Assembly: GCA_032718475.1 (NCBI GenBank) | Contig: JAUCBJ010002044.1 | Span: 1 to 36,030, forward strand | Length of the DNA: 36,030 nucleotides | Source: Nemertoderma westbladi | Taxonomy: Eukaryota; Animalia; Xenacoelomorpha | Direction of reading: 5' to 3' | Shown here: one piece after another, positions 20,045 through 29,867 of the stretch | Layout of the letters: every line of letters starts with the position of its first letter | How positions within the stretch are numbered: position 1 is the first letter of the stretch | Position numbers and translations under genes: made by a program | The notes under the pieces: generated by a model | Seen by the model: the letters and a program-made list of their open reading frames with translations, nothing else | What the model was told of the DNA's origin: nothing | Databases searched by the model: none

Positions 20045-21215
20045 GGACCATGGAGCCCATTTTGGCACTTAGAAGGATAATTGAAGAGTTATCAAAAAAG
20101 AAAGACAGGCATCTGGCTGTTATCTTTGTTGACTTCTTCAAGGCCTTTGATTCAGTCTCTCGCTCACGTATGTTCAGCATACTTTCATTAAATGGGATTC
20201 CTGATGAAATTATTGCAGCAATCAGATCAGTATACGATGGTTCGACAACACTTGTGTCTACTGTTGACGGTGACACAGAACCATTTGAAGTGTTATGGGG
20301 CGTCCTCCAGGAAGACACACTTGCACCATTCTTGTTCATAATTGTTGTTGACTATGTTCTACGCATGTCCTTAGATCATCATAATGATGATGGGGTGATG
20401 ATAACTCCACCTACTGGCTCCAGAAGTCAAGGAAATCCTGCCAAGTACCTAACTGATAACGACTTTGCTAATGACTTAGGAGTACTCTCAGAATTACTAG
20501 AGGGAGCCCAACGGATCCTCAGCTCATTAGAACATGCTGCTTCTAGTTTTGGTCTTTTTTATTAACTCCAGAAAGACCAAAATTTTGACAGTTAACTTTG
20601 AAAGTCCTCAGCAAGTCTCTGATCGGATGAGCATAAGCTCAAAAGATGGTATGCTTGAGCATGTGGGTGACTTATTTTACCTGGGATCATGGATCCGGAA
20701 GTCAGGTGAGGACCTTCGAATACGTAAGGGAAAGGCATGGGCAGCCTTGAATAGGCTTTCCAGGATTTGGAAGTCACCGAGAATTAATCGGAAACTTAAG
20801 GTCCGGTTATTTAGAGCAGCAGTAGTTCCAGTACTCCTCTATGGGAGTCCATGCTGGGCTCTAACTGCTGAGGACACCAAATCTCTGGACGGCACATTCA
20901 CAAGAATGCTACGCCGGGTTCATTGTGTCAAGTTCAATGCAGACATCTCTAACCAGACACTATATAACATTGGAGGTGTCTCATTAGTTCCCCCAAGCTT
21001 GACACTAGAACAAAATCGCCTCCGCTTTGCAGGACATTGCTTTCGCCGTGAGGACCAGCCAGTGTATAATCTTGTACTTTGGCAGCCTCATGGAGTGAAT
21101 AAGCATGGTGGACAGCCCATGACTTTCTTGAGAGGCATGTTAAAGGACACTGGCCTTGAATATGCGGATGATCTAGCAAATGTCATGGGTGATAGGGAGT
21201 TGTGGCGGTACAATT
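20045..21215 (+). mobile_element. RTE LINE copy 2, truncated at both ends, inactive
   Basis: Near-identical to the reverse complement of about 4756-5925. QGD changed to QED, FADD changed to FAND, and a frameshift near 20560. The last 75 or so nt, including the tail, are absent. Confidence 0.95.
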
Positions 21216-23045
21216 ATCAAAACAAACTCAGACTGCATTCCCTATTTGTTAATGGACACAATCTCAGATATTGGCATTGCTCATGGTCCAAGGTCATGTC
21301 GGTCTTCGCCTACCTTGAGGGGTAAAGTGTTTATTAACTCTTTACCCTTATGTTCAAACAGCAATTTGACTGCAGTTGACACATATAACAACTTCTCTGG
21401 CCCCACATATACATTTCACAGCGCTGCGAGCCACACGAACTCATATATAGATCATATATTATCTTCACACCATGGTAAAAGTCTTGTTGTTGATGGCAGC
21501 GTGATAATGGAAACCATTGAGAACAACCTCTCTAATCACCTACCAGTGTTTTGTCGTATTGATATAAGTCGTTTTATTAAAGCTGTAGGCTACAAAAACT
21601 CTACGAAAACATTTAGCTCAGTGAAATTCAACAGGGAGAAGGCCAGTGTGGTAAACTTATGGCAGTATAACGAAAAGGTCACAACTGAGTTGAATATGCT
21701 TAGAATCCCTGCAAAGCTAAATGAGAAATGGACTAAATGTATGTTAAATGACTATACAAATGACTTGACAGCTATACTTCATAAGTGTGCGAAACAATGC
21801 ATACCAATCTCTAAGCGGAAACGTAAGAGTAAAAATATACTTATCCACAATAAACAACTACGAGACTATTCAAAAACATCAAAGAAACTATATAAAATGT
21901 AGATTGGTACAATGAACGACTTAGTCAAAGACTGAACACGGGGTCTGCTAAGACATTTTGGTCAAACTTTTCTAAAACGTCTCACTCTGCTCCTCCAGAC
22001 ATGGAAGATAAATTAAGTGAAGCAATTCAAAACGATCTTCAGCATAAGGGAGAACATAATTTTGATGACATTGAAAGATATTTACGTTCTAGAATGGAAT
22101 CTGCAAGCATGCCTACAATTAAAGCAAATACGATATATGAAGCTATCTTATCACTACTATCCAAGCGAAAGGCGCCCGACAGTAGGAGTCTAGTTGTTGA
22201 ACACTTAATAAGTGCAGATCCATCTGTAATATGCTATCATATCGGTATTATCCTAAATACGAGTATTCAAGTTGGATGTGTGCCCGATGTGTTTGGAGAA
22301 ACCATCCTCTCAATGGTTTACAAAGGTCATTGTAGAAGTTTATATGAGACAACGTCATACAGGCCGATTGCCAGCATGAACATATATGTAAAGGTTTTAG
22401 AGGCGATCTGCTTATCGGAATTTCTAGTAGAGATTGACAAACCTCATAGCATGTCAATGGCCTATCTAAAAAGAATTGGTTGTGACGAGGCCATTTCCCT
22501 TGCATTGGAGGTGATCAATCATTTTCAATCCTGGGGATCTACTATCTACGCCTGTCAGACAGATATCAGTTCCGCTTTCAACATGGTAGATTATGTTGTT
22601 CTATTCGACCGGCTGTCCAAAATATTGAATCCATTCATTTGCTGTATATTACTTTATTATTATCGCTACACTAAAAACTTCATCAAACATTGTGAAAGAA
22701 CAAACAGAAGCTAGTCAATAAGCTATAGTCAAGAAGATAGTGGACAGTCAGTCATACCCTCTTGATGTTGTCAGCAAACTGTGGAACACAATAGCTGTCC
22801 CATTCCTTTGCTACGGCATGGAGAACCAAGTTGGAAGTCTTTCCTTGTCGGACATAAAGCGGTTAGATTCTCAATACAGAAAATCTCTACGTGGTCTTCT
22901 TTATGCGGGAAATTATATCACTACTCAGACACTGGAAATTGTGTTTGGTAATGCTTGTATCTCAACTACTGCCTTCAAGAGATTGGCCTATCTGATAGAG
23001 CGCATTAAGACAAGTGTTGCCCTAAATACGACCTTCAACATATGA
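21216..23045 (+). mobile_element. Decayed LINE of another family (APE C-terminal half plus RT with deleted core; Proto2-like, tentative)
   Basis: YTF, SYIDHIL and LSNHLPV (APE); KAPDSRSLVVEHL, SYRPIA and DISSAFNMVD (RT N-half); then a jump to the C-terminal PFLCYGME segment with no QGG or YADD motif in between. Confidence 0.85.
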
Positions 23046-25281
23046 TAAGGTTTTATGCTCGAGTGGTCAATGGGATGGTTTGGTTACCCAAATAATAATC
23101 TGCCTAGTATTGCAGCTTCTTATAGTAAGGGCAGGAATTTATATGCGTTACCATCATTATTTAATATATTTAATTTTTATTACTCTTACCTTACAAGGAA
23201 CTGATACAGAGAATGTCACCAGGTGCACCAAACTTAAGTGATTGCTGTAGCGCAGAGTTTCTCTTTATGTGCTACTCCAATAATGGACTCAGCTTCAAAA
23301 GAAAACGTGAAATTTTTTCCTCTTACTATAGTAGAACTGATGCCTAAATCATTTAGTCAATAAGACTTTTAGAGTAGTTGGCTTGTTAGTGAACCGGTTC
23401 AGTCACGTTTTAATTTAATATTATGCAATGTGGCATTCTTTTAATCTCCTGGTCAATCCATAAGACCTTTTTTAAACCATTTTTAATGTGTCAATTGTCA
23501 ATTGTTAATTATAATAATAATTAAATGCCAGCTTGACTTGTGCTGCGCGAATATGCGCAAATAAACTAAACTAACTATAAATGGTTTAATGAATTAGATA
23601 GAACTTTGCCATAATTAATAAATGCTTAAATCAAATAGAAGATATCTATTTTCTGGTCAGTAGGCCTCATGTAAAAATATATTAATATTTATTTGTACAT
23701 TAAAACTGACGTCTTTAAAAGCAAAACGTAGCCAACATGTGTTTATTATTTATGTATTGTATTCAATATTTATTAGTACCGATTGACAACAACCGTAATT
23801 ATTCAATTTATTTATTTTGAGATCTGAAAGCCGGATATTATATCATTATACAGTATATCCCTGAAGTACAGTATGTTCTTAACCATTTGAACTCCAAATC
23901 GATATTTTTATTGTTAATTTAAGTTAAGTTACTTAGGTATAGATGTATAGATTGACAAAAATGTACAAAACGAGAGATAGCCGCCCCAATATTAGATTAT
24001 AACAACAATATTTACATTGGGTAAGGAAGTGGAGGAGAGCCAGACTTTTAATTTTGTTTATATTACACGATCAATTTTCACTCGTCATGAACCCAACATG
24101 TATGTAACCTTTTGTTAAATTTGTTGGCTATGCGTTTGCTTCTGTTTGGGTGGGCGTGTGTGGTACACTTATCACACTGAAACATTTTGGTTGTGAAATG
24201 TTACAGCAATCAGAGATTTTTCATTTAATTATATTATGAGAGGAAGAAGAACATGCAATGTTATTCACTATATGTAACAAAATAATTGTTTTCGGGTTTA
24301 ACTTGGAAGCCTCCCCAAATATTTGATATATAATTATATTTAAAATTATTTCCATGGTCATGGTCATTCACCCGTCTTTAGTTAGAAATTTGTTTGCATG
24401 AAAGACAGTTTAGTTTAGTTTTTACTGATTTATCATCTCTTATCTGACTGGGGTAATAATAAAGGATAGGATAAATGGAAGCAAAGTGTGACAGTAACAA
24501 ATATTTCCCCGTCACCCTAGCGTGGCTTAAGTATATGATATCTCAAAGGGGGAAGATTAGATTCACTGCTTAAATGCAGTTCACCAAACTTCCCCCGAAT
24601 GCACACTGTCTGTCACTAATACAGTTCATCTAATTTCCCACTTACACCAAATATCCACTTTTAACAAATACTTGATATAATAAATAAAAAAAGTTACAAT
24701 GACTGGCATTATTATTATAAGTACTTGACATATGCTTGCTAAACTGAAAAACAATCGGTTTTAAACTTATCAAGTTTGATTAAGTACTTGCATTGCAGTT
24801 GATCCGACTGCTTAACACGAACTTAACAATTTTAATAAGAATTGTGATCCGGGTTGCCTATATTTGTTTTTTTTTGGGAATTAAATTGAAATTGATTATA
24901 TGATTGCCTAAAACCTATAATATTGGTCAGCCCGCGTAACACCGTATAACTGTGTTATTGCTAACTGTGTTATTTTATAGCTATGTGGTTTCCCTTGTCG
25001 GCGATTTCATTTTCTATGTTAGATTTATGGTTTACAACTTCCAGATGTCGATGGTATCTGTTTTAGTTTGGCTAAAAAAATAAAAATAATTAAAATTAAA
25101 AAATTAAAAAAAATGTCACAGATCGTCGGGTTGAATTATAAAAAAAATGTCTGTCTATCTGGAAAGATTATAAAATTTAGGTATATAATAAATTAAAAAG
25201 CAACTTTTCAACCTTTTCACCCACAGGGCAGGGGTGTGACCCCTCTCCCTCTCTGGGTAGTCCTGTAACAATGGCGACAAA

Positions 25282-25459
25282 CTCATGGCCTCCCATCTGT
25301 CAATACTTTCAATTAGTCAATGTGCTGCTACTGTGCTCAATTGTTCATGGTTAATATACTCTACCCTTTTATTGTAGCTAGAGGTTAAAGACGGCCAGTT
25401 ACGGTAGGGTTGAACAAAGAGGCAGCATATGATGGTATTGACAAATGGGAGGCCATGAG
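25282..25459. mobile_element. 178-bp MITE-like element with 25-bp terminal inverted repeats
   Basis: 25282-25306 CTCATGGCCTCCCATCTGTCAATAC matches the reverse complement of 25435-25459 at 24 of 25 positions. No TSD was found. Confidence 0.75.
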
Positions 25460-25513
25460 GAGGTAACAGGTATACAATGTATCAGATAGTATTTATAAGT
25501 CTATCTTTTACCT

Positions 25514-25575
25514 GAGCCGCTAGTTGAATTTGTTAGAGCGTTAGACTTCCAACCCGGAGGTCACCAGTTCGGATT
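25514..25575 (+). mobile_element. Degenerate tRNA-derived SINE head (Gly-TCC-like loop)
   Basis: TAGTTGAATTTGTTAGAGCG (A-box-like), TTAGACTTCCAACCCGG, AGGTC, then ACCAGTTCGGAT (B-box-like). Stems are broken, so this is not a functional tRNA. Confidence 0.55.
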
Positions 25576-25689
25576 TTTAGGAATGCAGTACAGTAGATCA
25601 GTAAAAAATAATTTATAGGATATCAATAATTTTAGATAATATAATAGGTTTATTTAGCTTCATATTTATTTTTTTATTTGTAAATAATT

Positions 25690-26720
25690 ATATATTTGTG
25701 GTGTTTGAGGTCTATTTCTCACAGGTGGTCGTATTGTGCTGTTTGTTTCGCTTTTGGTTGCGCTCCACTGATCCCTATGTGATCCATTGTTGCCGTTTCA
25801 TTGGCTAGAATACTGAAGTTGCCTCTCCCTTCTATTGCTGATATATTAACGTCAACCAACCGTGATGGAACTTTTTCTATTCTATTTCCTACGATTTCTA
25901 AGTTAATTATAATTTATTTTCCCTGATGTCGGAGTCTATCACTAATTTCTGTCGTGTTGATGACACCACCTCGTGTTAATAATACGTAGGTTGTTATTCC
26001 TCGTTTATTTCTATCCGAAATTAATAATACTGGTACTATTTTTAAGTACACAGTTTGCTTGGTTACTGAAGTACATGTTCCCACTCGTTTCGTAATTGTT
26101 TCGCAATAAGTATCTCTGTTCTGTGGGTTTTGCCGTGATGGTTCGTCTTCCCTTTGCATCTCTCTACTCCAATAATCTCTCCTCTGTTCGTTAACATAGT
26201 CCCGCCTATAGTCACATGAATAATCTCTCATATAATCTGAATAATTACTTCTGTCATTTGAGTAACTCCTACCATCTGAATAATTTCTCCTGTTGTTCGA
26301 ATAATTGATATTATAGTCTAAATAATTATTTCTTCCGCTGTAGTCTCTTTCTCTAGATCTTCCTCTCTGTTTATTATTACAGACATATAATCGATCCCCA
26401 CTGTAATTCCAGTAGATCCAGTAGTAATTCCAATTCTGCATTCTAATTGTATTATTTCTCAAGTTGTTCCCTTTCTCTCTACATCCTTTGGCTATATGCC
26501 CATGCCGGATTATGTAATTCCAATGGTCACTGGGTGAAAACTATTTCCAGGCTATACATTCTCTCAGCGTATGGCTGTCTGTTGTCGGGTGTCGATACCA
26601 TCTGACATGAATTCGCTTGATTCTGAATGCGCTTGCGGGGTTTTATGCTGTTTCTGTTCGCTTTCTGTCCTCCTTCTTTGCTTCCTTGGGCTTATTATTA
26701 CTTGGTAATTATTCTTCTCC
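25690..26720 (-). mobile_element. Bel/Pao LTR retrotransposon gag-protease relic
   Basis: Hand translation gives HTLRECIAWK*FSPSDHWNYIIRHG-HIAKGC (two partial zinc knuckles), a 21-bp-period NYSD/RRDY region, YLKIVPVLL..TTYVLL (protease with broken DTG site) and ..YDHL*EIDL. No LTR, RT or integrase was found. Confidence 0.7.
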
Positions 26721-27147
26721 ATATAGGCCTACACCATGTCCTGGAATATAATGTCATTATTCAGGTACCTGGACCCCCCCCCCCCCCCCCCCCCCCCACG
26801 CCCCCCAAATTTTTATACAAATCGTAATGAGATTACATGAAATTTGAAACAGAGATAGTTTCACTCAACTCCTCCACCGTGGGGTGAGCCAGAATTTCCT
26901 GCTTAATTTCCAGAACTTCCAACATCCTGGTTAGGTTTCCTTCCCATAGTTTGCCGCGAGTACTCTGGACGTGTTCCCATTTGTATACATGTATCAGTTT
27001 GTGCTGCAGCTGTCACACAACTAATTATAGAATCATTTACTGTACGTACCGTTAGAGGGTCTGTTCTACAGTTGACATATGTCCCTCCTACTGTATTGGT
27101 GACAACCCCGCTATTACGTGTACTTTCAATTTTTGAAGTCTTGAAGA

Positions 27148-27286
27148 TGGTCTTGAAGATGCGGATGATCTAGCAAATGTCATGGGTGATAGCGAGTTGT
27201 GGCGGTGCAATTTTGTCGACAAGCCGGCACAGCATTCTTAAAAATGCAGCTGCAATGCAGCATGCCGATCCTAGTAGTAGTAGTAG
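27148..27286 (+). mobile_element. RTE LINE copy 3: 3'-terminal 140 nt with (TAG)5 tail
   Basis: Matches the reverse complement of about 4682-4820 with a few substitutions; tail at 27272-27286. Confidence 0.95.
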
Positions 27287-28454
27287 GGACCTCCTGCTGT
27301 CACCCGGGAACTGAGCTCGCATTCCCCCCGCATGGTAGGGTTGCTCAACGGGTACCCAGACACCAATCTGTTCGTTCCAATCGTCACGTTCGTGATTTTC
27401 ATTGATCAGGGAAGGACTGGGCTGATATAAATGCATTGAAAAATTCAGACAGGTAAAATGGCAAAGGTTCAGCAGCTAATTTGACTGGAGATATACAGAT
27501 TGGGTCGTTAGTAAATTTGTTTATTTTCCCAGATGTTATTATATTGTAGATTCATACAGGACATGAGTTAATACCGGTAAGTGCAAAGGAATTGTAGGGA
27601 CTGTATTGGACATTGTGTGGCCGTAAGCAAAAACACGCATCTTAAGAGGGTAGAATAAAGTCCGTAAGCCAATATCAAATGTACAAAAAATAATAAATTC
27701 TAAGAATTGGTTGGGTATCCCACCCGAGCCACCATATCAGGACGCCATGCGTCAATTGTGACAACAATGTATATAAACAAGTAATAGTAATCGAACAGAG
27801 TATAATCAAAACAATAAACCTCATCCTAGATCGTACTTATATCCAGCACTACAATGTAATATAATACTGTATTGAACCAAATAGCTGTCACAATAAACCC
27901 CTCACCGTGGCAATGTATAATAATAATAGACAAATAGACCAAGAGTTATATTAACACATATTGATACATTGAGTTTATAGCTGGAAATATCCGACATCAA
28001 ACTGCAAAATAAATAATAAAAATGTTAAAGTAATAAAATTGTAACAGTGAAAATGTTTACTTATTTATAAAAAATTTAACTTTTCACCAAAAGTTATCAT
28101 ATCGTATTTGTTATTAGAAGACCGTTAGGACTTCTTACTGTAAAAGTATTCACTATGTATGTATGTATGTATAACGGATGAACTCCTCAGAAGTTATAGT
28201 TCGTCCGTCAATGAAAGTTATATCAATCGACGCAGCTCAACCCCAGGATGTGGACAAAAAAGTTTCGAAAAAAATAATATTTTCTTATCTATCTTTATCT
28301 ATCTTTTTTTTATTTCTAAAAATAGCCTTAAAGCACGAAAATTGCCATAGACTCAATGATAGAAACATCTGCTTTGATTGCTCATAAGGGCCTAGTAAGC
28401 TACTACTATTGATTGAATGGTTTGGTTAGGCCCAAACTGCACAGAAGTCCATTA

Positions 28455-28656
28455 CTTGCCAATAAGTTTATTACTATCTCACTCTATCCCAGAAAGAAAG
28501 CAAACATTGTAATGTATTAGCCCGCCTGCTGAATAGCTCTTCCCAGTGAATCCTATGGGAATATCTAAAGGGTTACTCACTAATGACATTTAGGGGCTGG
28601 AATTTCTCTATCTCAGACTGTAAGCAAAGCTGTTCGTTCAATGGGGAGGGACCCAA
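28455..28656 (+). repeat. Unclassified interspersed repeat, diverged copy B (see 17895-18222)
   Basis: Same collinear blocks as copy A, with internal indels. Confidence 0.65.
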
Positions 28657-28809
28657 CTACACTACTGGCTACACTACTGGCTTTTAGTTAGCCTTAAGTA
28701 GTTAGTTTAGGTAGAATAAAAATTAATTTTATAATTAATTGTAAAAGTTAGTTTCCAACGCAACTCTATTATAATTATTTAGTAAGTTTATATAAAACTT
28801 ACAGTTTTA

Positions 28810-29424
28810 CTAAATCAAAATCTTCATTTCAACTCGAGAAGCCGGTTTCCATCCAGTAAAATAATCCCAATTAGGTCCCTTCAGATCCTCCCCACCGTAA
28901 TCTCCGTTCAAGTTACTGTTTGAGCAGCTATAGTACCACCACGCCCCAGTACGATCTACGGCGCAGTTGAGGGAGCTCCCGTCATTATCGCGATCCTTGG
29001 TAGAGAATGGATACCCGTTGTGATACTCCAATGCGTCACCAGCAGTACCATGGTAACCGGATACATGTAGGCTGTAATTAGTTGCAGCTGATCCGATAGA
29101 GAAGTAGTTGTATTCCGCGTATTTGTGTTCGTTGGTGTAATTCTTACCATTTTCATTATTGATAATATCATTGGGATCTTCAAACCCCCATCCAGTGAAC
29201 CACAAATCGACTCTCAACTTCACCCCGCCTTCACTCAGCCGGTGAATCGCCTCCAACCCCATCCAAAAGTTGGTATTCGAGTCGCCAAATCCGTTAACAT
29301 ATTCCTCCCAGTTTCTATAGAAGTCAACAGATCCATCTACTCTTTGTTGAATCAGTTTCCAAACTGATCTTTGTTGAATCTTCAGCTGGTCATTTTTACC
29401 AATCAAAAATATGGAGGGTCGTCT
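28810..29424 (-). CDS. Fibrinogen-related domain (FReD) protein, probable terminal exon (ficolin/MFAP4/ryncolin-like)
   Basis: WKLIQQRVDGSVDFYRNWEEYVNGFG, FWMGLEAIHRL, LRVDL, YAEY, GTAGDAL, HNGYPFSTKDRDND, NCA and GAWWYYSCSNSNLNG, with a stop at 28810. No ATG or signal peptide; a candidate acceptor TTTACAG lies just before 29424 with an open frame. Upstream exons were not identified. Confidence 0.88.
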   Translation of the reverse strand, partial: RRPSIFLIGKNDQLKIQQRSVWKLIQQRVDGSVDFYRNWEEYVNGFGDSNTNFWMGLEAIHRLSEGGVKLRVDLWFTGWGFEDPNDIINNENGKNYTNEHKYAEYNYFSIGSAATNYSLHVSGYHGTAGDALEYHNGYPFSTKDRDNDGSSLNCAVDRTGAWWYYSCSNSNLNGDYGGEDLKGPNWDYFTGWKPASRVEMKILI

Positions 29425-29718
29425 CTGTAAATAGTAATGGAATAATCGTGAGCACCTAGCATAGAGTACTCTATGGAGTACACGCTATGGCTGCTACATT
29501 TACATTGACCTGTTGGCAAAACATCCTGTTTGGGTAAATCCTGCTGGGTATCTTGAGTATCTGGGGTATCCTGATAGCTTAGGGTAAGTCTTGTTTGAAT
29601 GGTAACCTGTTTGCATAGTAATCTGTTTGTCTCGTTTTGGTAACTTCCCGTTTATGTGAAGTCTCACCTCCTATTTGATTTGTGTAGCGTCAGGTCGCCA
29701 AGGAGATGAGGGTCTTCA

Positions 29719-29839
29719 AGGGGGGGTGTGGGGGGGAGGGGGGTGGGGTGGTGTGGGGGGAGGGGGTTGGGAGGTGGGGGGGTTGCGAGTGGGGGTGTGG
29801 GGGGGGGGGGGGTAGGGGGGTTGGGGGTGGAGGTGGGGG
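29719..29839 (+). repeat. G-tract cluster (G-quadruplex-prone)
   Basis: More than 15 runs of 3-13 G separated by short linkers. Confidence 0.9.
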
Positions 29840-29867
29840 TTCGTATGATTCGAATTCGAATAGATAA

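Noticed and set aside
21152-27286. RTE copies 2 and 3 as one element split by a 6-kb insertion
   Set aside because: They overlap by about 65 nt with several differences, too long for a TSD; independent insertions are simpler.
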